A DNA stretch of 57,669 nt from a virus. Its lineage: Duplodnaviria > Caudoviricetes. The stretch covers positions 1-57,669 of the IMG/VR virus record IMGVR_UViG_3300033149_004313; one strand, written 5' to 3'. Positions 9,510-19,740 of this stretch are shown piece after piece (position 1 is the first letter of the stretch; each line of letters starts with the position of its first letter). A program made the position numbers and the translations under genes. The notes beneath the pieces were generated by a model that ran no database searches, was not told the origin of the DNA, and was given only the letters and a program-made list of their open reading frames with translations.

Positions 9510-10172
9510 ATGAAAAAGCCAATTCATAAATACTTCAATAATCACAGAAAGACCTCATGGCTTTACTTCGATGGCGAAGAAAACCCAAGGGAATGCTACA
9601 TGCGTGGTGGTATTTGTTTTCCTATCAGGTACGAATCTTTAACGGGTATTGATAATCATGGCTATGCGATTATAGCTGGTCAAGACCTCAAAACCGGCAT
9701 AGTGCATGTGTTTGAACAAATGAATTGGATAACTGTAGATGATATTTTAGCAAAGGATGAATCGAATAAGGTGAAATACCCTGGCCTGTCTCATTGGCTC
9801 AATATGGCGTGGAGTCGATATTTTATGCAGGCGTTTTATTTTAGCCAGCCAGATGAGCTTTCAAGGCGATTCAGATTACAAGTGCTCAGATCACCTATGA
9901 TAAATCCTAAGCCTCGGTTCATTGAGATACATATCAATAAAGAGGATGAATTGATTTCCGTCATTCGGCATAGGATTAAAACTGGATTGCTTGAAATCGA
10001 AAAGGATTCAGAGATTGCAATTTTATTAAAAGAGGCTAGGGAAGAAAGAAGAGAAGTAAAATTATTTCCTCAAATTCACGCCCTGGGATGCTGTTTGCTA
10101 GGACTTGAGCAGTACCCATGGCGCAAACCTTATGAGCAGCCAATACAGGAGATATTGGTGGCGTCGGGATAG
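9510..10172 (+). CDS. Hypothetical protein, possibly RNase H-fold (terminase nuclease-like, apparently inactive)
   Basis: Three-strand pattern GGICFP/GYAIIAGQ/IVHVFE and terminal helix IHALGC; lacks the acidic catalytic residues. Confidence 0.4.
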   Translation: MKKPIHKYFNNHRKTSWLYFDGEENPRECYMRGGICFPIRYESLTGIDNHGYAIIAGQDLKTGIVHVFEQMNWITVDDILAKDESNKVKYPGLSHWLNMAWSRYFMQAFYFSQPDELSRRFRLQVLRSPMINPKPRFIEIHINKEDELISVIRHRIKTGLLEIEKDSEIAILLKEAREERREVKLFPQIHALGCCLLGLEQYPWRKPYEQPIQEILVASG

Positions 10173-10177
10173 AAAAG

Positions 10178-10543
10178 ATGAAAGAAAGACTTTTTATCTT
10201 ATGTTTGATCTTATTAATTTTTGCTCTAACTTGTATATGGTGCCAGCGTGAATTAAAATGGCAAAACAAAGAGCGGATTTACAGTGATAATATAGCAATG
10301 CTTGAACATGAATCCAATATAAAAACGATAACAACTGAAAAAGAATTAGAAGAAGCTCTTAGTAAAAAATATGATGAGCCCATTATTATTAAATTTCAAC
10401 AAGATACTCCTATAAGAAAACCTATTACTATTCCATCTAACATGACTATCTTGTGGGATGCACCTTATGGAATTAAAGATTCCAAACGCTACCAAGGATA
10501 TAATAATAAATATAAACTCGATTGGTGGGGACCTGCGAGATAA
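10178..10543 (+). CDS. Hypothetical membrane-anchored protein
   Basis: N-terminal TM helix; AT-rich. Confidence 0.55.
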   Translation: MKERLFILCLILLIFALTCIWCQRELKWQNKERIYSDNIAMLEHESNIKTITTEKELEEALSKKYDEPIIIKFQQDTPIRKPITIPSNMTILWDAPYGIKDSKRYQGYNNKYKLDWWGPAR

Positions 10544-10615
10544 TTAGGATTCTCCAAGTTCCAAGCCAAAGATAAGAAAATGCAAGAAATATAACTTAAA
10601 AGAAAGGAGATCAAA

Positions 10616-10882
10616 ATGCCAAGCGATAACGAAATCAAACAAATAATGACGGAGAAGGTGTTTCCATTTTTCGATGGTGGAGGCCTGGACCAACTTTTAG
10701 CCAGAATAGAAAACTTGGAAAAAGGGGAAGAGATTACAAATGAAGATGTTCGTTATATTGTTAAACAGGAAATAGAAAAAATAATGGATGCCAAAAAACC
10801 TGATATTAAGGCTAAAATGAGCATTGATAAAAAAACCGGCATGGCGAAGACTACCGTTATCAGAAAATCCAAAGAAAAGTAA
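10616..10882 (+). CDS. Hypothetical protein
   Basis: RBS AAAGGAG; abuts the portal. Confidence 0.65.
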   Translation: MPSDNEIKQIMTEKVFPFFDGGGLDQLLARIENLEKGEEITNEDVRYIVKQEIEKIMDAKKPDIKAKMSIDKKTGMAKTTVIRKSKEK

Positions 10883-10885
10883 TCC

Positions 10886-12865
10886 ATGGCAACTTCTAGC
10901 TTACATACTTCCGACCTAGCTCAATATCTCCGCTCGGAGCTTTACGAGAATTGGGCCGTTGACCGCAAGCCATTAGAAGAAAAATGGCAAAAAAACGAAA
11001 ACGCTTTTAAAGGCGTGTCAGAGGGAATCTGGAAGGCCGAGGAAGGTGCTAATTGGCGAAGCAAGACCTTTATTATGATGACCAAGATAAAGGTATTGTC
11101 TGCCTATTCTATGGTAATAGATATACTTTTACAAGGTGGACAGCTACCCTTTGCCCTGGATTTATCTCCCTGGGACCAGGTTACCATAGAAGATTTACCG
11201 CCTGAACAACAAGAAGTTGTCCAGGATAAAATTGATGATATGACAGCTCTCATTCAACAGCAGATATTGGACTGTAAAGGTGATAGAGAGCTTATGAAAT
11301 GTGTGATGAGTGCGGCGAAATTCGGCGAGACCTACTGGCGTTCATTTGTCCACGATGTTACCCGCAGAGGCTTTCGGTCTGTAAATATGGCTCCTCAAGG
11401 TACTCCTAATCCAGAGAGATTCATCAGACATGAATATTTCGAGGAAACGATCATGGCACCTGGATTTGAATATATCTCATGCTGGGACATGTTCAGGGAC
11501 CTTGAAAACGATAATATGCAGAAAAGCCGGGGATATTGCCAGAGAGAATATGTATCGCCTTATGATTTACGAAAACTCAAAGGTGATGCATATTATTTAG
11601 ATGATGCCATTGATAGGGTAATTGAAAATCATTCCAAGGCGCTCTCTACGAAAAATAAAGAGAACATGAAGCCTGGATTGAGAAATATAAAGAACCGATA
11701 CAACACGGTTGAGAAGCTGACTTTTTGGTGTAGAGTCCCTCGAAAGATATTGGATAAGTTTGAATCCGAGGTGAAAGGCAATACTACATCTTCCCTCACT
11801 ACTGATTTTGTCAATGATGGCGATGAAGTGGAAATTGGGGCAGTGCTTGCAGAGGATGAAGTTGTCAGGCTTATGAGAGTGCGACCCGATTCAAGACCCC
11901 ATGGCAGGGTTGTATGGGAGATCGATCCTGACGGAACTTCTGGAGTTGGTGTAGCTGACAATGTGGAATCCGTTCAAATGGTCTTAAACGGCATGGTGCG
12001 AGCATTTGAAGACAACAAGAAACTTTCCGCCAATATTATAGCGGCTATTAAGAAATCATTGATTGTTAGTTGGAGCGGGGAATTTAAGCCTGGTGAACCA
12101 ATTGAGGTGGCCGATGAAGCAAGAACTGCTGCCGAAGCTATACAACAGATCATCTTTCAGGATGTAGGCGAGACTCTTCTTTCCGGTATTGCCCTCATGG
12201 AACGATACGCAGATGAAGTCTCTATGTTGCCTAAAATCCTTCAAGGTGCTGTGGCTGCAAAGCAGAAACCGGATACCCTCGGTGAGATAAATATTCTTCA
12301 AGCCAATGCCGGAAGATATTTAGGCAGTGTTATCAAGAACTTCGATGAGGGTATGATAGAGCCCATTGTTTCACGGTTCTATGAATATAATATGCTTGAT
12401 GAGAAAGTGAACAAGGGTAAAGGCAGCTACATTACTAAAGCATTGGGATATGCGGGATTTCAGGATAAGGTTTTGAAACTCACTAAGATTCTCCAGGCCC
12501 TTAACCTTGCTATTAGCTCACCAGCTATTCAGGCAGAAACCAGACTAAAAACGTTGCTTGATCAAGTATGGAGAGGATTGGACATTGATCCGCAACAAAT
12601 AAGCAAAACAAAACAAGAGAAAGAAGAGGATGCCCAGGCCATGGCTCAAGCCAGGCAACAGGCGTTGGATGAACAAGGTGTTGTGCTTTTAGCGAAGTAT
12701 AAAGCTGAGATGGAGAAAGAGATAACCAAAATCAGGGAGGAGCATACGGCAAAACTTGAAGAGATTGAGGCAGAGCATAAAAACAGACTTGAAGAAATAG
12801 ACGCTGAATCCGAGAGCAAGATTGTGGAGAAGAAAGCTATAGATATGAAAAGGGAAATAACATGA
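10886..12865 (+). CDS. Portal protein (P22/N4-like, with C-terminal barrel coiled coil)
   Basis: 659 aa between terminase and capsid; G.GVADNVESVQ..LN, TLGEINILQANA..., long helical C-terminus. Confidence 0.85.
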   Translation: MATSSLHTSDLAQYLRSELYENWAVDRKPLEEKWQKNENAFKGVSEGIWKAEEGANWRSKTFIMMTKIKVLSAYSMVIDILLQGGQLPFALDLSPWDQVTIEDLPPEQQEVVQDKIDDMTALIQQQILDCKGDRELMKCVMSAAKFGETYWRSFVHDVTRRGFRSVNMAPQGTPNPERFIRHEYFEETIMAPGFEYISCWDMFRDLENDNMQKSRGYCQREYVSPYDLRKLKGDAYYLDDAIDRVIENHSKALSTKNKENMKPGLRNIKNRYNTVEKLTFWCRVPRKILDKFESEVKGNTTSSLTTDFVNDGDEVEIGAVLAEDEVVRLMRVRPDSRPHGRVVWEIDPDGTSGVGVADNVESVQMVLNGMVRAFEDNKKLSANIIAAIKKSLIVSWSGEFKPGEPIEVADEARTAAEAIQQIIFQDVGETLLSGIALMERYADEVSMLPKILQGAVAAKQKPDTLGEINILQANAGRYLGSVIKNFDEGMIEPIVSRFYEYNMLDEKVNKGKGSYITKALGYAGFQDKVLKLTKILQALNLAISSPAIQAETRLKTLLDQVWRGLDIDPQQISKTKQEKEEDAQAMAQARQQALDEQGVVLLAKYKAEMEKEITKIREEHTAKLEEIEAEHKNRLEEIDAESESKIVEKKAIDMKREIT

Positions 12866-13056
12866 CTAGAAAAATGACTGAATTTATTGATAAATTAGCT
12901 ATGCTTTGCACTGAATATAGTGCGGAGCTTTTATATACAAATGATGATGATGGAATCCATGTTATAATAGACAATGAAGACGTTTGTATTGGATTTCCTC
13001 TGCTTCCTGATCCTGGCGCAGATATCCGCAGTTATGTCGCTGATAAATCACAATAA
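12862..13056 (+). CDS. Hypothetical protein
   Basis: ATGA overlap with the portal stop. Confidence 0.5.
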   Translation: MTRKMTEFIDKLAMLCTEYSAELLYTNDDDGIHVIIDNEDVCIGFPLLPDPGADIRSYVADKSQ

Positions 13057-13111
13057 ATGAACATCAATATCAAAAAACAAGATTATCGAAAAGAAAGTAA
13101 AGGAAAATACC

Positions 13112-13414
13112 ATGATCGATCTTAAATTATCCAAAAAGGACAAAAAAGACAAAGAAGATTTAACACAAGTTCCTATGGTAGAAGAATATCCTTACGGGAC
13201 ACGGCTTCATTTTGAAGACGAGACTATCAAGAAAATACCTGCTTTGCAGGATATAAAGGCAGGGACTATGGTGAATATCAAGGCCGTTGGGAAAGTTCTG
13301 GAAGTTCGAGTAACCGACAAGGAAAAAGGTAAAAATTACGAAAGTGTGCAGATTCAGCTCCAGAAGATAGAAATTGGTAATGCAAATGAGGCTGAAGAGG
13401 CGTTTAAAGAATAG
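13112..13414 (+). CDS. Capsid staple/decoration protein (epsilon15 gp10-like)
   Basis: MIDLKL...YPYGTRLHFEDETIKK...V.I.A.GKV...SVQIQL pattern; head-module position. Confidence 0.6.
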   Translation: MIDLKLSKKDKKDKEDLTQVPMVEEYPYGTRLHFEDETIKKIPALQDIKAGTMVNIKAVGKVLEVRVTDKEKGKNYESVQIQLQKIEIGNANEAEEAFKE

Positions 13415-13473
13415 TTCCACAGTCTTTTAGCCATACACACACACAATTAACAGTCAAAGATGGATCAAAGACT

Positions 13474-13740
13474 GTGGACAGAATCAACAAATACCTTGAC
13501 AAGAGTGAGGAAATAATATTACTTTCTCAGTCTGAGGAAGTCGAAGCGGTAAGGGTTTTGCTAAAGGCTGTTAAAAGCAAGAGAGATAAAGTAAGACAGC
13601 TTTATGAGACAAAACCCAAGCATAGCCCGGAAGACCTTGAAGAGGATCTTGTATTTCTTCTGGGCATGGTTAAGGGATTAAATTGGGTGTTAGGACTTCC
13701 GGCGAGAAGCAGGAATTATATTAATAATTTTAAACAGTAA
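13474..13740 (+). CDS. Hypothetical head-module protein
   Basis: Helical 88-aa ORF typical of the portal-scaffold interval. Confidence 0.55.
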   Translation: MDRINKYLDKSEEIILLSQSEEVEAVRVLLKAVKSKRDKVRQLYETKPKHSPEDLEEDLVFLLGMVKGLNWVLGLPARSRNYINNFKQ

Positions 13741-13752
13741 AGGAGTAGAAAG

Positions 13753-14802
13753 ATGAAAAGGATTGGAATTTTTATTGTAGCAGTGATGTTTTCGCTGGTG
13801 ATGGCAAGTCCCTGCTTTTCAGGTGCCGGCCTGACAACCGGGGATCAGACCATCTATGGAAACAAGACCTTCGAGCATGATGTAACATTTAATGCCGATG
13901 TGACTATTCTCGGCGCTCTGCTAGGCGTAACACAATACAGTAATATTTATTATGTGGACAGCACTTCTGGTCATGATAGCGCAGGGAATTATGGGACTAC
14001 TTATTTGAAACCATTTAAAAGCATTGATTTTGCTATTGGCCAGTGTACTGCTGATAATGGTGATATTATTTTTGTTATGCCAGGGTACACTGAGAATTTG
14101 TCTGCGGCAGATGCAATAGATGCCGATGTTGCTGGAATAAGCATTATTGGGCTTGGAAATGGTAATTTACGTCCCACCTTGACCTATACGAATGCTGCTG
14201 GAGAATTTGTCATTGGGGCTGATGATGTTCGTGTATCAAATATAATTTTCAATGCCTCAGTTACAACGACTCTTTTGGCAATCGATATTGAGGATGGATC
14301 TGAAGGGGCGGTTATTGATCATTGTTTGTTTGGTGTGGATAGCGCTGGGACAGACGAATTCAATAATGCTATCAACATAAATGATCAATGCAATAGATAC
14401 CTTATTAGTCATAATGAGTTTCATCAAGGAACTGCCGCCGCAGTAAGCGCTATTTATATTGACGCAGATACCGACTACGGCACAATTGAGTATAATACAA
14501 TTTCGGGTGATTACAGCACGGCTTGTATCAAAGGCGATGAGCAAGATGATTTTATTGTTATCCGACACAATTCGCTTTATAATGGTCAGGCCACAGGAGT
14601 TGGACTAAATACCGAACCATGCATTGAACTTGCAGCGACCACAACGGGAATTATCGAGTATAACGTCTGTTATACGAACTTAGCGACAAAAGCTGCTTCT
14701 ATCGTAGCCGCGGACTGCCATCTTCACGAAAATTACTACAATGAGGATGAATCAAGTGCAGCAACAAGCGGCATTATCGGTACTGCCTCTGATGATGATT
14801 AA
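13753..14802 (+). CDS. Right-handed parallel beta-helix protein with signal-like N-terminus
   Basis: YYVDS..G.D...G....PFKSIDFAI....GDIIFVMPG.Y opening followed by beta-helix rungs. Confidence 0.75.
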   Translation: MKRIGIFIVAVMFSLVMASPCFSGAGLTTGDQTIYGNKTFEHDVTFNADVTILGALLGVTQYSNIYYVDSTSGHDSAGNYGTTYLKPFKSIDFAIGQCTADNGDIIFVMPGYTENLSAADAIDADVAGISIIGLGNGNLRPTLTYTNAAGEFVIGADDVRVSNIIFNASVTTTLLAIDIEDGSEGAVIDHCLFGVDSAGTDEFNNAININDQCNRYLISHNEFHQGTAAAVSAIYIDADTDYGTIEYNTISGDYSTACIKGDEQDDFIVIRHNSLYNGQATGVGLNTEPCIELAATTTGIIEYNVCYTNLATKAASIVAADCHLHENYYNEDESSAATSGIIGTASDDD

Positions 14803-14894
14803 AACCAGAGCTTAGCCAGAGCCAGCTTTAGCAAATTTGGCTTAAAATTGAATAAAGGGCTAATCCGAATCTGATCCGTTCGGAAATGACAACT

Positions 14895-14933
14895 AGGGAT
14901 AATGCGGGACCCGCACTTGCATTATCCCTTTTT
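14895..14933 (+). terminator. Hairpin plus U-tract (terminator/attenuator) before the scaffold gene
   Basis: AGGGATAATGC...GCATTATCCCT followed by a T run. Confidence 0.55.
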
Positions 14934-14964
14934 GTTGCCCATAAAACAGAAAGGAGAAATCAAA

Positions 14965-16011
14965 ATGCCAGATGACGAAAAAGCCACAGAGCAAGAACCA
15001 AAAGAGACAGAAGAAAAAGCTCCTGATGAAGAGGGAGAACTGGCCTTTGCCGAGGATATGAGCGAAGAGGAAGAGCCCTCTGAAAAGGGTAAGGAGAAAG
15101 CCGAATCCAAGTCCAAAGAGGATGAGGAAGAAAAGAAGAAACCTGAAAAAAAGGCCAAAAAGGAACCTAGGGAAGAAAGTGAAGAACAAAAGGCAGAGGA
15201 GAAAAAGAAGGAAAAGGAACTGACAGTCGAAGAAAAGATCAAGGAGCGCATCAAGAATTTAGAAGATGAAGAGGAGGAAATAGAGGAAAAATCACCTGAA
15301 GAGAAACCAGAGAAAAAGAAACCGGAGGAGGAGAAAGAAAAGAAACCTGAAGAGAAAGCGGAAGAGGGATCGAAACCGGCAAAGCTAAACAAAGAGCTCC
15401 TTGCAGAACGTTTAAGCCTGATCTCAAAAGATGATCTTCCAGGGGAAGTAATCATAGGCGATGAAACGGTAAATCTAAAACAATATGCTGAGGATTACCC
15501 CGATGACTTTGCGGCAATTCGAGTGTTATCGAGCTTGGTTGCCGAAAAAATGATTAACAAAACAGTGGAAGGAATTGAAATACCTGATACTGGAAAAGTT
15601 ACCGAAAGAGTAGACAACCTGGAAGCGGGATTGGCTCAGTTATCTTTTGATAACGGTGTTATGCGAGCCAAAGATGATGAAGGCAATTTAAAACATTCCG
15701 ATTATTATGATATTGTGTATGGTTCAGGTATGAAAGATTTCCACGCATGGATAAAAGAACAGTCGCCCAAGGTGCAAAAACTGGCAAGTTCTTTGAACCC
15801 GGAAGATGGCATTTTAGTTCTGGATTACTACAAAGAGAATATAGCCAGGAGAAAAACAACCGAGCATGACAAAAAGACCAAGGATAAGAAAAGGGAATAC
15901 GATGACATTTATAAGTCCGAAAAGACTATGAGGAAGAATCAACCGGAATCCAGTATCGGGGGAAAATCACCAGACAAAGAAGCGGAAGAGGCTTTTGAAG
16001 AAGAAGATTAA
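14965..16011 (+). CDS. Scaffolding protein
   Basis: Very E/K-rich low-complexity N-half, upstream of the capsid gene; RBS AAAGGAG before ATG 14965. Confidence 0.7.
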   Translation: MPDDEKATEQEPKETEEKAPDEEGELAFAEDMSEEEEPSEKGKEKAESKSKEDEEEKKKPEKKAKKEPREESEEQKAEEKKKEKELTVEEKIKERIKNLEDEEEEIEEKSPEEKPEKKKPEEEKEKKPEEKAEEGSKPAKLNKELLAERLSLISKDDLPGEVIIGDETVNLKQYAEDYPDDFAAIRVLSSLVAEKMINKTVEGIEIPDTGKVTERVDNLEAGLAQLSFDNGVMRAKDDEGNLKHSDYYDIVYGSGMKDFHAWIKEQSPKVQKLASSLNPEDGILVLDYYKENIARRKTTEHDKKTKDKKREYDDIYKSEKTMRKNQPESSIGGKSPDKEAEEAFEEED

Positions 16012-16395
16012 ATGAGCAAAAATTCACCCAGCCAAAAAGGAAGAAAAAGTCGTGGCAAAATATCTTCTGGACATTTAGTCACTTTAGGAAAAGGTGTTGA
16101 TGATCAATTCTTCAAAGCGTTCAAAGGAACCCCTAATCACGGATTGAATAGAAAATTAGACCAAACTGGAAAAAATAAACTGTGGGGAAGCTCACTGTTT
16201 AAGTTACATGAATTTTCTTATAAACCTGTAGAAGAAAGGAGAAAATTAATTTTAGATTGCCAAAAAAATGGCGAATTTCGCTGTTTTTGGTGTGGCAGGG
16301 TCTTTTTTCGCGGTGTTCTGGGTCCTAACACCAACATACAGATCAAATGTCACAATTCTAAGTGTAGGCACATGAATGTAATTTCAAGCGTTTAA
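16012..16395 (+). CDS. Protein with C-terminal Mu Com-like zinc ribbon
   Basis: FRCFWCGRVFF...IQIKCHNSKCRHMN matches the Com-family pattern. Confidence 0.6.
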   Translation: MSKNSPSQKGRKSRGKISSGHLVTLGKGVDDQFFKAFKGTPNHGLNRKLDQTGKNKLWGSSLFKLHEFSYKPVEERRKLILDCQKNGEFRCFWCGRVFFRGVLGPNTNIQIKCHNSKCRHMNVISSV

Positions 16396-16464
16396 CCTAG
16401 AACCTGCCTTTGCTGGAAGTCCCAGAGACTCTTTTTGAAAGGCGCAACAGAAAGGAGTTTTGTT

Positions 16465-17493
16465 ATGGGATTACCTGCAAACACTACCACATATGAGGAC
16501 ATTTCCCCGAGAACCAGGGGAAAGGCTGTAAGGAAGCTGCTAGAACGCGGTCAGCATATTATGACCACGGAGCGTTTTGGCACTATTGATCCGCAGCCGA
16601 AACATTCAACCTTAACCCGCAAGTGGAGAAGGTATCATTCCCTTGCGAGAGCTACCGCACCATTGGCTGACGGTGTTCCGCCTACCGGCCAGAAACTCAC
16701 GCATACCGACATTACGGCAACCCTGGAATTTTACGGCGATGTCGTAAAAATCACCAATACCATTCATGATACACACGAGGACCCTGTGTTGAATGAAGCC
16801 ATGAAGATATGCGGTGAGCAAGCTGCGGAAACGGTAGAGGAATTGAGGATTAATTTCCTCCGAGCCGGAAGTAATGTATTTTATGCAAATGGTGTAAGTG
16901 CCAGAAGTTCAGTCAACAGTCCGGCGGTACGTGGCGATTTCCGCAAAATCTACAGATATTTCAAAAAATACAAAGCACGTGAGATAAGCGAAATCATTAA
17001 GGCTTCAGCTCTAATTTCAACCGAGCCGGTGGAATCTGCCTATTTCTGCATGGGCCATACCGACCTGGATGCAGATATAAGGGGAATTTCTGGTTTTCTG
17101 CCCAGTGCTCAGTATTCAGATTCTACTAAGCGGTTGCCTGGTGAAATTGGCAAGCTGGAGCAGTTCAGGGTTATTTTAACGGCTATGTTCGAGCCGTGGG
17201 AAACCTCGGGTGCTTCGGGAACCACCTATCTTTCCGGCGGAAGCGCACCTTCAAGTGCCGCTCAATGCGATGTCTATCCCTTAATTTTTGTCGCCAGGGA
17301 TTCTTATGCCATCGTTCCGCTTCAGGGATATAACTCCGTGGATATCGGCGTGGTAAATCCTGGCAAGAAAACCAAGGACGATCCGCTTGGCCAGATCGGG
17401 TTTGTTTCCTGGGGAACCTATCAGACTGGGGCAATTTTGAACCAGAACTGGGTGGCACGCCTGGAGGTAGCTGCCAGTGCAAATCCATCATAA
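16465..17493 (+). CDS. Major capsid protein, N4-gp56 family
   Basis: TTYEDISPRT, WRRY..L, L.DGVPP.G, GEIGKLEQFR, DVYP, DDPLGQ.G.V.W, ILNQNW.ARLE; RBS AAAGGAG. Confidence 0.92.
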   Translation: MGLPANTTTYEDISPRTRGKAVRKLLERGQHIMTTERFGTIDPQPKHSTLTRKWRRYHSLARATAPLADGVPPTGQKLTHTDITATLEFYGDVVKITNTIHDTHEDPVLNEAMKICGEQAAETVEELRINFLRAGSNVFYANGVSARSSVNSPAVRGDFRKIYRYFKKYKAREISEIIKASALISTEPVESAYFCMGHTDLDADIRGISGFLPSAQYSDSTKRLPGEIGKLEQFRVILTAMFEPWETSGASGTTYLSGGSAPSSAAQCDVYPLIFVARDSYAIVPLQGYNSVDIGVVNPGKKTKDDPLGQIGFVSWGTYQTGAILNQNWVARLEVAASANPS

Positions 17494-17555
17494 TGTAGTT
17501 AAATCAATAACTTAGCTTATTAACTTTAACCCTTTTCAAAGAAAGGAGTAGACCG

Positions 17556-18260
17556 ATGATAAAAGTAGCAGGAACAATGAATGGAACTGGGGCTGCGTTT
17601 TATCTGTGTCTAGGGTTCGTTCCCGATGAATTCCATCTTCAGGACTTTGAGACTAGCAACGACTACGAGCTTTACTGGAACCGCAATATGTGGCGGTCGG
17701 GTGAGTTCGTGGAAGGTATGCAAGTTCACACTGGAACGACCTACAGGCAGATTACGGCCCTTACCAAAGGTAATGGTATTTTACCGTATTACGGTGGAAC
17801 CGTACTTTCTTCAAGCGATGTCGGCACCACAACCTATGGCGAAGGTGTGTATCTCAAACCGGATAACAGGGATTATCGTTTTACAGATGATGATTCCCCA
17901 ACTGGTATAGGTGATGCCTCTGAAGAGACTATCGATACATGGACACTCGATACTGCAAGCGATTACACCGGCCATTTTAATGGCGGGCTAAGCGAAGACT
18001 ATATCGGTGAAGGTTCCATCATTCAAATTGATGGTAAAAGATATACCATTGTCGCCCTCACTTCAGATGGCAGTGATAGTGATGATGTTACATTGAGTGA
18101 TGACGCTCCATCTGGCGAAGTTCAGTTTATCAGTGGCATGTATTCCACACGTCCGATGGTAGCTGGTGAGATTACTAAGGATGGCATATATTGTGCCAAT
18201 ACAACGGTAAATACCAATGATGCCCTTATCGGCTTTGAAGCCGTGAAGTGGGATTGGTAA
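17556..18260 (+). CDS. Virion structural protein (minor capsid/decoration)
   Basis: GT.NGTGA..Y.CLGF.PD start; directly after the MCP. Confidence 0.55.
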   Translation: MIKVAGTMNGTGAAFYLCLGFVPDEFHLQDFETSNDYELYWNRNMWRSGEFVEGMQVHTGTTYRQITALTKGNGILPYYGGTVLSSSDVGTTTYGEGVYLKPDNRDYRFTDDDSPTGIGDASEETIDTWTLDTASDYTGHFNGGLSEDYIGEGSIIQIDGKRYTIVALTSDGSDSDDVTLSDDAPSGEVQFISGMYSTRPMVAGEITKDGIYCANTTVNTNDALIGFEAVKWDW

Positions 18261-18319
18261 TAACCTATGCATGAATGAGCTTCTGGAAAGCCCGATCTTT
18301 TAAAGAAGGAGAAATTCAA

Positions 18320-18823
18320 ATGCCAGAGGAAACAAAAAGCCCGGAGCAGATTTTTTCAAATCAGGGAATACCCTTTACAAGCGAGCAGAGAGCACGGGCA
18401 GCTATCGAGCAGAAGGGACTCAGTTTAGATGATTACATGGTTCAATCTTATGAAAACGGCTATGTTATTGTTCCGAAACCACAGCGAGATGCCAAACCCG
18501 AGAAGTATTACCGAGTGGTATTCAGTCACAAGACGAGTCCGAACGATGAGGATGATGTTACACTCATCGTTAACGGCGAACCTAAAGTAATCCAGAGGGG
18601 AGTAGAAACCATTATCCCTGAACGATACAAGGAGTGTGCCGACCATGCCACATATCCGGTATTCAGACAAAGACCCAATGAGGCGAGAAAACAGGTCGGG
18701 AGCGTTATGGTATTTCCTTATAGTCTCATAGGGGAAGCGACCGAAGAGGAGTATCGGAAATTGCTCGCAGAAGGCAATAAGAAGACCAAAGAAGCGATAG
18801 AATCTGATAAAAAATTAATGTAG
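18320..18823 (+). CDS. Hypothetical head-module protein
   Basis: VNG....IQRGVE..IP motif; RBS AAGGAG before ATG 18320. Confidence 0.6.
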   Translation: MPEETKSPEQIFSNQGIPFTSEQRARAAIEQKGLSLDDYMVQSYENGYVIVPKPQRDAKPEKYYRVVFSHKTSPNDEDDVTLIVNGEPKVIQRGVETIIPERYKECADHATYPVFRQRPNEARKQVGSVMVFPYSLIGEATEEEYRKLLAEGNKKTKEAIESDKKLM

Positions 18824-18833
18824 GGTGTGAAAG

Positions 18834-19736
18834 ATGGCGGCACCAGCAGCGCCAACAGTAACAAGCCTATGTACAGAAGGAATAAAACAGGCTGGATACA
18901 AGAGTCCGAGTAGTTCACAACTCACGAGAGCGGCTGAATGGCTCGAGCAAATAAAAAACGATATTTGGATCCTCGGGAAACGGCTGAAACCATTAATGGC
19001 GGAGCATGATGAAGTCCTAACTCCAGGCCTATCAAGATATGATTTCCCCTCGGGATGTTCAAGCGTAGCAACGGCAAAAATACTGTACGGGGATGAAGAG
19101 GACGATGTGCAAGATTCCGGCTCTGCAACCGTTACCCTTGATTCAGAAGAAGATGAAGGAGAAGACGAACTCGAAGGCAAAGAGATTGTTATCTACTCCG
19201 GCACCGGCAAGGGATCGGTATCTCAGATATACAGTTATGATGAGGATACCTTTGTTGCCTCGGTATCTCCAGCCTGGGCCGATACTCCTAATGGAACCGC
19301 ACCAGTTGCTAATGATACCTATTTTATAGTAGATAATTATATCCCTCTTGAAATCCAGCCAATTACTCATTTTGAGGAGATAGCCTCGCCTTTCGAGACG
19401 GGGGCACCAAACATCATGTATCCCGTAGGCGATGAGAACCAATACGGTCACTATCATCTTTTTCCAGTTCCCGACGAAGATCATTACTACGCTATTCATA
19501 TAGTCTATTACCTCAATTTGCTTACCCTGGATTTAGCAAGTACCCGCATGACTTCGCTTTATTATAGGTGGCGGAATTTGTGGATTCAGGGAGTGAAGGC
19601 AAAGCAGCTTGACAGCGATGACGATGCAAGGGCCGCAGTAGAGATGCAACGGTATTTCAATATGGTGAAGGATATAGTCTCATTGGAAACCTATGGACGA
19701 ACCGTGAATCAGCATTATACGGGAATAAAGGCTTAA
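18834..19736 (+). CDS. Head-tail adaptor protein
   Basis: Helical N- and C-termini around a beta insertion, G.P...Y..., LFPVPD; synteny. Confidence 0.6.
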   Translation: MAAPAAPTVTSLCTEGIKQAGYKSPSSSQLTRAAEWLEQIKNDIWILGKRLKPLMAEHDEVLTPGLSRYDFPSGCSSVATAKILYGDEEDDVQDSGSATVTLDSEEDEGEDELEGKEIVIYSGTGKGSVSQIYSYDEDTFVASVSPAWADTPNGTAPVANDTYFIVDNYIPLEIQPITHFEEIASPFETGAPNIMYPVGDENQYGHYHLFPVPDEDHYYAIHIVYYLNLLTLDLASTRMTSLYYRWRNLWIQGVKAKQLDSDDDARAAVEMQRYFNMVKDIVSLETYGRTVNQHYTGIKA

Positions 19737-19740
19737 TAGG

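Noticed and set aside
14893-15455. Long antisense ORFs rich in S/F (also at about 1836-2270, 26806-27409, 28908-29150)
   Set aside because: They are shadows of E/K-rich plus-strand genes and lack RBS or protein-like composition
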